A DNA stretch of 35,055 nt from Smithellaceae bacterium (GTDB taxonomy: Bacteria; Desulfobacterota; Syntrophia; Syntrophales; Smithellaceae). The position numbers and the translations under genes were made by a program. The stretch lies in contig JAWOJC010000315.1 in the NCBI GenBank assembly GCA_046484315.1, positions 1 to 35,055 on the forward strand, written 5' to 3'. Below, in pieces: positions 10,363 through 18,956 of this stretch (its first letter is position 1; every line of letters begins with the position of its first letter). Below the pieces are notes generated by a model. It ran no database searches. It saw only the letters and a list, made by a program, of their open reading frames with translations, and was not told the origin of the DNA.

Positions 10363-11490
10363 TCAAAGGTTTTTCACCTTCTCATTGAAAGCTGCTTCCA
10401 GCGCCGTAAGCGCGATTTTCAAGTCAGCCTCCTCGACCGTTGGTCCGCACCAGAAACGATAGCCGGCGGGCGCATCTTTATATGAATTGATATCATGCGC
10501 GATATTTTTCTTGCTCAAATCCGATGCGATGCTTTTGAGGAACTTGCTTTTCTCGTCGGCTGCAAGCGCCGCAACTTTGGGATGTGTCACCGACAGACAA
10601 ACAGACGTATTGGAGCGGATTTTGGGATCGACAGCCAGAAACTCAATCCAGTCGGTTTTATCCACCCAGGCTTCGACGGCTTTGAGGTTGGCTTCGCTTT
10701 TTTTGATCAAGCCGTCAATGCCGAGTTTGCCGGCCCAGTCCAGCGCGTCGAGGTAGTCTTCCACGCAGATCATGGAAGGCGTGTTGATGACATCGCCTTC
10801 GAAAATAGCCTTGTTGATTTTGCCGCCTTTTTTGAGGCGGAAGATTTTGGGCATCGGCCAGGCCGGATCGTAGGATTCCAGGCGGGCGACGGCTCTCGGG
10901 CTTAGAATCATCATGCCATGCGCTGCTTCGCCGCCCAGGCATTTCTGCCACGAGAAGGTGAGCACATCAATTTTACTCCAGTCGATGGGCATTGCGAATG
11001 CCGCGCTGGTCGCGTCGCACAGAGAGAGCCCTTCACGGTCGGCGGGAATCCAGTCGTAGTCGGGAACCTTGACACCGCTGGTGGTTCCGTTGGCAACAAA
11101 GACAACATCGCTTTTCCAATCCAGTGAGGTCAGATCCGGAATTTTGCCGTAGTCGGCTTTAATGATGGTGGGGTTCAGTTTCAACTGCTTATTAATGTCC
11201 GTTGCCCAGCCTTCGGAAAAACTTTCCCAGACCAAGACAGTGACCGGTTTAGGCCCCAGAAGGGACCACATGGCGCATTCAAAAGCGCCGGTATCGGATG
11301 CCGGCAGAATACCAACCAGGTAATCAGACGGAATGTTTAATGTTTTTCGTGTTTCGTTCATGGCTTTGACAATTCTTTCTTTGCCCAGCGCGGAACGGTG
11401 CGAGCGGCCGACCGGCGCGTTTTTCAGCGCGTCGATACTCCACGCCGGCCTCTTGCTGCAGGGACCGGAACTGAAATTAGGGTTTTGCAT
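10363..11490 (-). CDS. serC: Phosphoserine aminotransferase
   Basis: NFSSGPC N-terminus and an SWQK PLP-lysine block, with class-V aminotransferase length. The ATG at 11490 has an AAGGA SD. The track maximum at 11526 is the alternative start. Confidence 0.88.
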   Translation of the reverse strand: MQNPNFSSGPCSKRPAWSIDALKNAPVGRSHRSALGKERIVKAMNETRKTLNIPSDYLVGILPASDTGAFECAMWSLLGPKPVTVLVWESFSEGWATDINKQLKLNPTIIKADYGKIPDLTSLDWKSDVVFVANGTTSGVKVPDYDWIPADREGLSLCDATSAAFAMPIDWSKIDVLTFSWQKCLGGEAAHGMMILSPRAVARLESYDPAWPMPKIFRLKKGGKINKAIFEGDVINTPSMICVEDYLDALDWAGKLGIDGLIKKSEANLKAVEAWVDKTDWIEFLAVDPKIRSNTSVCLSVTHPKVAALAADEKSKFLKSIASDLSKKNIAHDINSYKDAPAGYRFWCGPTVEEADLKIALTALEAAFNEKVKNL

Positions 11491-11640
11491 AACGGACCAT
11501 CCTTTATATTCGAAATAGTGGGACACTCATACCAGTATTGAGGTCTTTTCTCAAGAAATTTAAACTGTAATACACGTCAAGTGACCGGCGGTCGAAAAAA
11601 TGCCCTCTATATAGTCGATAAATCAGCAAAATAATAAAAT

Positions 11641-11654
11641 TTGACTTAAGTCAA
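11641..11654. promoter_or_regulatory. Crp/Fnr-type box TTGAC-TTAA-GTCAA (14-bp perfect palindrome), with TATAAA -10 at 11678-11683
   Basis: Perfect palindrome read directly from the sequence. Its centre lies about 42 nt upstream of the TSS predicted from the -10 hexamer, which is class-II activator geometry. Confidence 0.55.
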
Positions 11655-11772
11655 TGACGCGTGACGATGATTTGTTTTATAAATCCAACAAAAGATGTTA
11701 GAAGAAAAACACCGTATCTTTCTAAACCGCACCAAAAGCCTTCCTTCGCCGGAAACAGAAAAGGAGAACAAT

Positions 11773-12108
11773 ATGACTGAAAATATTACGCAGATAGGGG
11801 ATCTGACCCGGGTGTTTCAGCCCAAAGAACTGGCCGCCTACCAGGATCATACCGTCGTGAGCCGGGAAATCCTCCGCAAACCTTCAGGAACCATGACTGT
11901 ATTTGCCTTTGATCAGGGTGAGGGTTTAAGCGAACACACAGCGCCTTTTGACGCGGTGGTTTATATCCTGGACGGCGAAGCGGAAATTCGCATTGGCGGA
12001 GTCCCTCATATGGTTAAGGCGGGTGAAATGATCATCATGCCGGCCAACAAGCCCCACGCGCTCAAAGCGATAACGAAGTATAAAATGCTTTTAATCATGA
12101 TTAAATAA
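11773..12108 (+). CDS. Small cupin-domain protein
   Basis: 111 aa from the ATG at 11773 (AAGGAG SD 6 nt upstream). Cupin motifs: GEGLSEHTAPFDAVVYILDGEAEI ... MPANKPHAL. Confidence 0.85.
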   Translation: MTENITQIGDLTRVFQPKELAAYQDHTVVSREILRKPSGTMTVFAFDQGEGLSEHTAPFDAVVYILDGEAEIRIGGVPHMVKAGEMIIMPANKPHALKAITKYKMLLIMIK

Positions 12109-12127
12109 AACAGCAAGGAGGTGTGTT

Positions 12128-13330
12128 ATGAAATTTGCAATCACTCCGAGTGTCGACTGGGTGGGAAAGATCGATTGGGAACTGCGTAAATTCCACGGCG
12201 AGGAGTATTCCACCCATCGGGGAACGTCGTACAATGCCTATCTGGTGCGAGACGAAAAGATTGCGCTTATCGACACGGTCTGGGCGCCTTTCGCCAAGGA
12301 ATTTGTCGCCAACCTGGCCTCCGAGATCGATCTGAAAAAAGTCGATTATGTCATTGCCAATCATGCCGAGATGGATCATTCCGGAGCGCTTCCCGAATTG
12401 ATGCGCCATATTCCCGACAAGCCCGTTTACTGCACGGCCAACGGCGTCAAATCATTGCGCGGCCATTATCATCAGGACTGGAACTTCCAGGTGGTCAAAA
12501 CCGGAGATAAGTTGTCGCTGGGAAAAAAGGATCTGGTTTTTGTTGAAGCCATGATGCTGCACTGGCCGGATTCCATGATGGCCTACCTGACGGGTGACGC
12601 GCTTCTGTTTTCCAACGACGCATTCGGCCAGCACATCGCAAGCGAACATATGTACAATGACCTGGTCGTCCAATCCGAACTCTTTGAGGAGGCAACAAAA
12701 TATTACGCCAACATCCTCACGCCTTTTTCGCCGTTCGTGACAAAGAAAATTAACGAGGTGATCGCGCTCGGCCTGCCGGTCAGCGCCATCTGTCCCAGCC
12801 ACGGTGTCATCTGGCGCGACAACCCCCTGCAGATTGCCGAGCAATATCTGAAATGGGCAGCGGACTATCAGGAAAATCAGATTACCCTCATTTACGATAC
12901 GATGTGGGACGGAACGAGAATGCTGGCGGAGAATATTGCCAAAGGCATCAAGCAGGCAGACGACAAGGTCACAGTGAAACTCTGCAATATCGCCCGCAGC
13001 GATATCAACGATGTCGTGACGGAGGTTTTTAAGTCCAAGGCTATTTTGCTGGGCTCGCCCACGATCAACAAGGGCATTCTCAACGCCATGGCGGCGCTTC
13101 TGGAGATGATCACCGGCCTTAAATTCAAAAACAAGAAAGCCGAGGCGTTCGGCTGTTATGGCTGGAGCGGTGAAAGTGTGAAAATCCTGACCGATCATCT
13201 CGCCGGGGCCGGATTTGAACTTACCGGCGACGGCCTGAAGGCCATGTGGCAGCCCGATAATGAGGCGCTCGAGCGGGCTATGGAATTCGGTAAAGCATTT
13301 GTCGGGAAATGTTCGACGAGCGCCAAGTGA
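12128..13330 (+). CDS. Flavodiiron protein (FprA / rubredoxin:oxygen oxidoreductase type; O2 and/or NO reductase)
   Basis: 400 aa with AAGGAGG SD. It has a metallo-beta-lactamase-like domain with the diiron motif NHAEMDH, plus a C-terminal flavodoxin-like domain (ILLGSPTINKG). Confidence 0.92.
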   Translation: MKFAITPSVDWVGKIDWELRKFHGEEYSTHRGTSYNAYLVRDEKIALIDTVWAPFAKEFVANLASEIDLKKVDYVIANHAEMDHSGALPELMRHIPDKPVYCTANGVKSLRGHYHQDWNFQVVKTGDKLSLGKKDLVFVEAMMLHWPDSMMAYLTGDALLFSNDAFGQHIASEHMYNDLVVQSELFEEATKYYANILTPFSPFVTKKINEVIALGLPVSAICPSHGVIWRDNPLQIAEQYLKWAADYQENQITLIYDTMWDGTRMLAENIAKGIKQADDKVTVKLCNIARSDINDVVTEVFKSKAILLGSPTINKGILNAMAALLEMITGLKFKNKKAEAFGCYGWSGESVKILTDHLAGAGFELTGDGLKAMWQPDNEALERAMEFGKAFVGKCSTSAK

Positions 13331-13351
13331 TGACCGATCAGAGACGTGTGC

Positions 13352-13375
13352 GGGCGGGGGTATCCCCGCCCTTTT
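13352..13375 (+). terminator. Intrinsic terminator after the flavodiiron gene
   Basis: GGGCGGGG-GTAT-CCCCGCCC followed by TTTT. Confidence 0.8.
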
Positions 13376-13398
13376 GGCTTAAGGCCGGAAGTCCGATC

Positions 13399-14271
13399 CT
13401 ATTTACGCGCGACAAACATGTAGTTCGCCCCTGCGACGGGGCGGTCGGGCAGGGGAAAGTGTAAGGCGCGAAAACCCTGTGCAGCCAGGAGTTTTTGCGC
13501 TGCTTCAAACCTTGCGCCGGCGACCGTGTCTGTTGTGTCCGGTCGGGATCGGGCCAGGTACTTCAGGGCCGCGTCTGTAATCTCAGTCATTTGCGGATCC
13601 GGGAATTTCTGGTGAAGCGCTTCAATCAATGACTCCAATCTTTTTATCATGATTTCCTGGTCGAAAGAGAGATCCGGTTTGGTTGTGCCTATGAATGTAG
13701 CCAATCTCAGCTCGGAGGCCAGATATCTGTAGGCTTCCATGGTTTCATCGCGTGTCTTTTCGATGTTTTCGGTTTCAAAGCGCTCGATCATATCTTGTAT
13801 CAAGCTGTCATAGGTTCTTATGCCTGCGGGCTCCGCCCACTCCTTGGCGATAAAAATGCCGCCCGGTTTCAAATAGCCGTACACCAGCAGAAACAAACGG
13901 GTCCACGAGAGGGGATAATCCAGAAACAAAAGCCCGCCATCGCAGACCACGCAGTCGAACGCGCCTTTGAATTCAAAGCGTTCATCGAGCCAGTTCCCTG
14001 GTATCATGGTCACTGAGCGCCAGTCTCTCGTCCCCAGTTGACGCATGGCCTCCATAATATCAGGATTGCGTTCAATGCTGACAATTTGATCGAATTGGAG
14101 ATCAAGGGCCATGTCCACGAGCTCGGGCGTTGCGCCCAAAACCAGAATATTTTTTTCCTTCATGTCCTTCATGTGATCGCGATAGACATCCAATCCCTCC
14201 GGGCCGGGCCGGACCGGTACCTTCAGATGATTCCATACGCGGCGAAAATTTTCTATTTGCCCCTCGTTCAA
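13399..14271 (-). CDS. Class-I SAM-dependent methyltransferase-like protein with an atypical glycine loop
   Basis: 290 aa with a TTG start, 8 nt after GGGAGG. Motif I-like ILVLGATPELVD, FDCVVCDGGLLFL, LKPGGIFI. The assignment is by pattern only. Confidence 0.6.
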   Translation of the reverse strand: MNEGQIENFRRVWNHLKVPVRPGPEGLDVYRDHMKDMKEKNILVLGATPELVDMALDLQFDQIVSIERNPDIMEAMRQLGTRDWRSVTMIPGNWLDERFEFKGAFDCVVCDGGLLFLDYPLSWTRLFLLVYGYLKPGGIFIAKEWAEPAGIRTYDSLIQDMIERFETENIEKTRDETMEAYRYLASELRLATFIGTTKPDLSFDQEIMIKRLESLIEALHQKFPDPQMTEITDAALKYLARSRPDTTDTVAGARFEAAQKLLAAQGFRALHFPLPDRPVAGANYMFVARK

Positions 14272-14293
14272 GTCCCTTCCTCCCGTTTTCCTG

Positions 14294-15109
14294 TTAAATG
14301 AAATCGTTTATGCCCTCCGCCAGGTAATCCAGGCGCTCACGGTATGCCTCCATGTGATGTCCGGCACCCATCGTCTTGTTGACATCATAGAGAACGATTT
14401 TTCCCTGATGTTCAGTATAATCGAAACGGCCGTAGTCAAAGCCAAGCTTCTCGCGCCAGACCCTCAGTTCATCAGGAATGTCTGCGGTTTCTTCCGGTGC
14501 AATCATTTTTCCGAACTTAACGATGGGGTCCCGCGAGGCAAAACGGCCAGCCCAGCCTTTTTTCCCCAGAAATATCCAGTAGCGTAGATAATATAAGCCA
14601 TCTGATTTTTCAGGGAGAAATTTTTCAGCGATCAAACGCGGGTTTTTCCAAACGGCTTCAGGAATCTCGTCTTTATGCTCGAAGACAGGATAGGTATTGG
14701 TATTAAGCGCTGAAACCGATTGCCAGTGGAATTTTCGGGCGAACAGGGACCACAGATATCCGAACCTCAAGGCATCCGAAACACCGCCGCAATTGGTATC
14801 GGTCTTGATGATCACGGGTCCGTCATAAGGGTCATTGGGGCTGAGCAGATTTTCACTGAAAAAACTTTTGGAAATATTGACGGCGTGCCGGTTGATCACC
14901 ACCGGATAGGCTTGGAGGCATCGGGCATAGCGCTCAGGGACAACAGTCCTGTCGATGTGCAGAAAAACAATGTCCGCGTCCGGAAGATCCAGGGTCGAGA
15001 AACGTTTCGTGACCTTATGCCCCGCCTGCGTCCAGCGCAGGGCGAGCGCGTCGACGATATAGCGGCTGCGCCAGTTCAGCAGATCAAAGAGAATCAAAAT
15101 GTTTTTCAT
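14294..15109 (-). CDS. Uncharacterised protein with ATP-grasp-like sequence pattern
   Basis: 271-aa ORF, 22 nt upstream of the methyltransferase gene on the same strand. It has a Rossmann-like N-terminus. The blocks PVIIKTDTNCGG, LIAEKFLP...YYLRYWIFLGKK and YGRFDYTEHQGKIVLYDVNKTMG resemble the ATP-grasp core and C-terminal motifs. The coding call is strong; the fold call is weak. Confidence 0.55.
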   Translation of the reverse strand: MKNILILFDLLNWRSRYIVDALALRWTQAGHKVTKRFSTLDLPDADIVFLHIDRTVVPERYARCLQAYPVVINRHAVNISKSFFSENLLSPNDPYDGPVIIKTDTNCGGVSDALRFGYLWSLFARKFHWQSVSALNTNTYPVFEHKDEIPEAVWKNPRLIAEKFLPEKSDGLYYLRYWIFLGKKGWAGRFASRDPIVKFGKMIAPEETADIPDELRVWREKLGFDYGRFDYTEHQGKIVLYDVNKTMGAGHHMEAYRERLDYLAEGINDFI

Positions 15110-15297
15110 CAGCGACCGTTTATTATTGCTTCCGCGTCATTGACTTGAGTCGTCCAAGAAACCGGCTTGTCCGTCGGTTGTTTTAAAAGGGATATCTCTT
15201 TATTTGTCAAGACATCGTTTACGGAAATGCTGTTTCTTTTACGGCTTTATTTGTGCTACATTTTCAACTCGGTAATCCGTTGAGAAAGAAGATCATC

Positions 15298-16098
15298 ATG
15301 TTTGGCTGGTTGACGAAGCGAAGGCGGAAAAAAATCTTGCAGACACAGTTTCCTGCGCGATGGGAGGAGACGCTACGACATTATGTCGATTTTGATCGCT
15401 TGCTCAATGCGGCGGAACGTGAATCGCTTCGCGCGATGATCCGGATCTTTATAGCCGAGAAAAACTGGGAGGGTTGCGGCGGGCTGGTGATGACTGATGA
15501 TATTCGCGTAACGGTTGCGGCGATGGCCTGCCGGTTGATTCTTCATATCCCTCACAACTACTATGAAAACGTCGAAAGCATTCTCGTTTATCCTTCCGAC
15601 CTCGCGCTGCCCGAGCGGAAAATCGGTTTTTTTGAAACCGTTTTAGAACCGCTTGAACCCTCCGGTCCGATTTCCGGCCAGGCCTTTGAGCAGGGACCGT
15701 TGATTCTGGTTTGGGATGCGGTGCTCGAAAGTATCCGGCATCCCGGATCCGGATACAATGTGGTCTACCACGAATTTGCCCATAAACTTGATATGCAGGA
15801 TGGGAGAGCGGATGGCCTGCTGCATTGGTCCGGTGCATCCGCCCATCCGGATTGGGCACAGACGCTCTCACGCGAGTACGATAAACTTTTGATGAATGTT
15901 CAAAAGGGCAGACCGACCTTTGTTGATGAGTACGGCGCTACGGATGAAGTGGAATTTTTTGCCGTGGCGACCGAGCATTTCTTCGATCAGCCCTCGGGGA
16001 TGGTCCGCCAGGCGCCGGAGCTGTATGGTATCTTAAAGACATACTACCGCCAGGATCCCGCCGCGCGTCTGCGGTCTGAAAAGGAGGCAGGGGCTTGA
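15298..16098 (+). CDS. mtfA: MtfA-like zinc metallopeptidase (peptidase family M90)
   Basis: The block GQAFEQGPLILVWDAVL...GYNVVYHEFAHKLDMQDGRADG parallels E. coli MtfA around its HExxH motif, and the C-terminal DEVEFFAVATEHFF block also matches. The ATG at 15298 is preferred. The GTG at 15253 is the track maximum. Confidence 0.85.
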   Translation: MFGWLTKRRRKKILQTQFPARWEETLRHYVDFDRLLNAAERESLRAMIRIFIAEKNWEGCGGLVMTDDIRVTVAAMACRLILHIPHNYYENVESILVYPSDLALPERKIGFFETVLEPLEPSGPISGQAFEQGPLILVWDAVLESIRHPGSGYNVVYHEFAHKLDMQDGRADGLLHWSGASAHPDWAQTLSREYDKLLMNVQKGRPTFVDEYGATDEVEFFAVATEHFFDQPSGMVRQAPELYGILKTYYRQDPAARLRSEKEAGA

Positions 16099-16658
16099 AA
16101 GGACAAGAGAGGCTGGTTCGCCTGATATTCGGGGCGGCCACATCAGACAGCAGGCTTAAACGTTTGTGGGCGCCTCTTGTAGCGATTGCTTATACGCTGT
16201 TTGCGTCGGCTTTTGCGGCGGGGGCTTTGCAGGTTGATCGATGCCTTGGTTTTCCTTCATTTCCCAGTGCGCCGCTGAACCTTTTTTCAGGTATTCCCTT
16301 CATCGCGGCAGGCGTGTTTTTATCCGGCTGGTGCATCGTGCGATTCATTCGGGCGAAGGGGACGCCGGTTCCGCTCCATCCGCCGCCGGTGCTTTTAACG
16401 GATGGTCCCTACGCCCATGTCCGGAATCCCATGATCAGCGGCGTCTTTCTGATGATATCGGGGGCGGGACTTCTTTTGCAGTCCCTGTCTTTAACTTTTT
16501 TCTTTGCACCGCTTTTTATGGGACTCAATATCCTCGAGATTAAAATGATTGAAGAGCCGGAGTTGACTTTTCGGTTGGGCGGGGAGTATCTTGACTATAA
16601 GAAAAGGACACCGATGTTTTTCCCGAAGTGGAGCCTTCGACAGAAAGGAAAATCATGA
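16095..16658 (+). CDS. ICMT/PEMT-family integral-membrane methyltransferase
   Basis: 187 aa with a TTG start, 7 nt after AAGGAGG, overlapping the mtfA stop by 4 nt. The motif GPYAHVRNPMISGVFL...EEPELTFRLGGEYLDYKKRTPMFFP is typical of isoprenylcysteine carboxyl / phospholipid methyltransferase folds. Several TM segments are present. Confidence 0.8.
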   Translation: MKGQERLVRLIFGAATSDSRLKRLWAPLVAIAYTLFASAFAAGALQVDRCLGFPSFPSAPLNLFSGIPFIAAGVFLSGWCIVRFIRAKGTPVPLHPPPVLLTDGPYAHVRNPMISGVFLMISGAGLLLQSLSLTFFFAPLFMGLNILEIKMIEEPELTFRLGGEYLDYKKRTPMFFPKWSLRQKGKS

Positions 16659-17008
16659 TCGATTACATCAAGCGGCATGAGCGATACGTCCAAAAACAGT
16701 TGGAGACGGGACCGGGGCACGACGGGCTCAATGACTTATTGGCCTTGCATGATAAACAGATTGCCTGGTTGCAGCATGAGAGGCTTGCGCATCTCATTAC
16801 CATGATGTTCGTCTGTCTGTTCTTCCTGTTGTCTTTTGGCTATACGCTGCTTTGCCTGAGCCTTCCTTTCATGGTGCTGACCGGTGTGTTGCTGGTCCTC
16901 ACGGTTGCGTATATCGTCCACTACTACCGTCTCGAAAACAGTGTCCAGCGCTGGTATGACCTGTCTAATAAAATTCACGAGGCTGCAGAGTCAAAGCATG
17001 AAACGTAA
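16655..17008 (+). CDS. Small hypothetical membrane protein with two predicted TM helices
   Basis: 117 aa from the ATG at 16655, with an ATGA overlap on the upstream stop. The hydrophobic core is LITMMFVCLFFLLSFGYTLLCLSLPFMVLTGVLLVLTVAYIV. No family was recognised. Confidence 0.6.
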   Translation: MIDYIKRHERYVQKQLETGPGHDGLNDLLALHDKQIAWLQHERLAHLITMMFVCLFFLLSFGYTLLCLSLPFMVLTGVLLVLTVAYIVHYYRLENSVQRWYDLSNKIHEAAESKHET

Positions 17009-17010
17009 AA

Positions 17011-17049
17011 GGCAGGGCTAGAACGCTGCGTCAGCGTCTTCGCCCTGCC
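17011..17049. terminator. Compound hairpin between convergent genes; likely terminator, better U-run on the minus strand
   Basis: Outer stem GGCAGGGC/GCCCTGCC and inner stem ACGCTG/CAGCGT. The minus-strand RNA is followed by UUUUA. Confidence 0.55.
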
Positions 17050-17083
17050 TTCCTGACTTGGTTTCCGGTCGTTATGCGCTATT

Positions 17084-18526
17084 TTATTTCCAAGGCAAAA
17101 TACCGGCTTTGCGTTTAGCCATTTCTTCGTATCGCTTAAGCGGCGATTCGGCCAGGATCATCATCTTTTGCGCTTCCATTGATCCTTCGGCATGGACGGT
17201 CGTTACTTCATGGAAGGCCGCTTCGTGAGAGCACACATGCCGCATGGTTTCGTGGATCATCTGCATCCGTTCCAACGTGCTGTATTTCTCCGAGCCGCCC
17301 AGGTAATGCTCCAGATAACCGTGAATATCAGGATTATCCCAGTCCTTCTTGTCCGGCGCCGTGGCGATGATGCCGCCCGCGATATCCTGAATCAGTTTGA
17401 CGAACTCATGATACTTGCTGGCGAAGTGCAGTTTGGCCATATTGGCAATCAGCGGATTGGGCACGGCAATCTCGCCGTACATCACCGGATCCTGTGCCGC
17501 CGCGTTGGCCAGCGCGCGCAGCGTTTCGACATAAGCGGCCACGTCGGCAAGCTTGTTGCGGATATGACCGACTTTATCCAGACCGTTGTATTTGGCCATC
17601 GCCACAGCGCAGCCGGCCATGACTTCCACCGAAGGCACTTTGTAGCTGATGGCGGTGAAACGGTGAAACGTCGCGAACGTATAGGCCAGCAGCATGGAGT
17701 ACTGCCATTCCCCGCACATAAACACGCGTTCCCAGGGCACAAAAACATTGTCAAAGACAATCATCGCCTCGGTCAGTTCGCGCACGGGATTGTCGGCATG
17801 AAATTCATGGTCTGTCCACGCGCCGCGGCCGTTGCGGCAGATAAATGTCACGCCCTTTGTGTTGGCCGGAATCGCGAAACTTACCGCGTAGTCCGCTTCA
17901 TTTTCCCGCATCTGGCGCGTGGGGACGACGATAATTTCGTTGACGGCGGGTGCACTCGTGATGTGAATCTTTGCACCTTTGACAAAGATGCCGTCCTTGT
18001 TTTTGTCGACGACATGCACGTAATAGTCCGGATGTTTTTGTTTGGCCGGTTCCCGGCCGCGATCGCCCTTGACACAGGTGACCGCGCCGCAGGTATGCAG
18101 ATCATGCTTGCGCAAATGTTCAAGAAAATTCTTCGCGTTTTCCTGATACTGCTGGTTGCCCATCTTTTCCGCGACAACAAAGGCCGCGTTGAGGCAATCC
18201 GTTCCGATGTCACGTCCGAAGGGCAGGCCGCCGGTCAACTCCATCGACCGCTGGATCATCTTCGTCCGGTTGGTCAGGTCTTCACGGGTTTTCGGCGTGA
18301 TATAAAACCGGCTGATCGGTTCGCCGGTCTGGGGATGCGGCGCAACGAACAGATTTCGGATGTCCGGGTCTTTGGACGCGGACAACTCATAGGCCGCGCC
18401 GATCGTGTCGCAGGTCACGCCCAGGACCTTGTGTTTTGTAACGTCTTCCACTTTTTCGCCGCCGATATAAACCTTTCGACCGTCGCGCAAAGAAGCCTTG
18501 TATTCCTCTACGGTACGTATGGCCAT
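17084..18526 (-). CDS. AbfD/HpaB-family flavoprotein, paralog 2
   Basis: 480 aa with AAAGGAGG SD. It shares blocks with paralog 1, including the identical VFVPWERVFMCGEWQYS, plus KGDRGREPAKQ, DGIFVKGAKIHITS and HAEGS. Confidence 0.85.
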   Translation of the reverse strand: MAIRTVEEYKASLRDGRKVYIGGEKVEDVTKHKVLGVTCDTIGAAYELSASKDPDIRNLFVAPHPQTGEPISRFYITPKTREDLTNRTKMIQRSMELTGGLPFGRDIGTDCLNAAFVVAEKMGNQQYQENAKNFLEHLRKHDLHTCGAVTCVKGDRGREPAKQKHPDYYVHVVDKNKDGIFVKGAKIHITSAPAVNEIIVVPTRQMRENEADYAVSFAIPANTKGVTFICRNGRGAWTDHEFHADNPVRELTEAMIVFDNVFVPWERVFMCGEWQYSMLLAYTFATFHRFTAISYKVPSVEVMAGCAVAMAKYNGLDKVGHIRNKLADVAAYVETLRALANAAAQDPVMYGEIAVPNPLIANMAKLHFASKYHEFVKLIQDIAGGIIATAPDKKDWDNPDIHGYLEHYLGGSEKYSTLERMQMIHETMRHVCSHEAAFHEVTTVHAEGSMEAQKMMILAESPLKRYEEMAKRKAGILPWK

Positions 18527-18956
18527 GCTGAATCCTCCTTTTCTTATTCGTTGTGGTTTGACCGGGTCTCGCAGACGTGATGGAAAGACAATTCAAGCAC
18601 ATGCAGGATATGCCGGTCCCTGTTTTTTCCGTCAAATGAAGAATTGTTCCGTCTGATGCTTTACCAAAAATTTAAAGTACTGACGAAGCGGAGGATGTCA
18701 ATAAACCACCCTTTTAATCCGCTGCCAATTGACACAAAAATCCTTGAGGCTGCAAGGGGCGCCTGAGAAAATACGCGTAAGCTATTTATTTTTATCTGCT
18801 AAATTTGAATCGCTTCGCTTTTGTTGTTCCCGCAGGACAAGAACACATCGGTCAAAAACAGCGCCATATTCATGTTTCTTGAAAAAGGAGGTTAAAAAAT
18901 CACAATGGGGTGGTTGAACCGGGACCCAATGTTCAGATCGTCTGAACGTGTACTGC

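Noticed and set aside
18602-18616. Possible sigma54 -24/-12 element (GGCAtatccTGCA on the minus strand) upstream of AbfD paralog 2.
   Set aside because: The GG-to-GC spacing is two nt shorter than the strict TGGCAC-N5-TTGCA geometry, so it is probably a chance match.
18729-18917. 62-aa TTG-started ORF, plus a 29-aa ATG ORF at 18905 behind an AAGGAGG-like sequence, both in the trkA / AbfD-2 gap.
   Set aside because: The 62-aa ORF has no SD and an Arg/Ser/Lys-rich translation. The short ORF has a 13-nt SD spacing and runs antisense into the trkA 3' end. Neither is supported as a gene.
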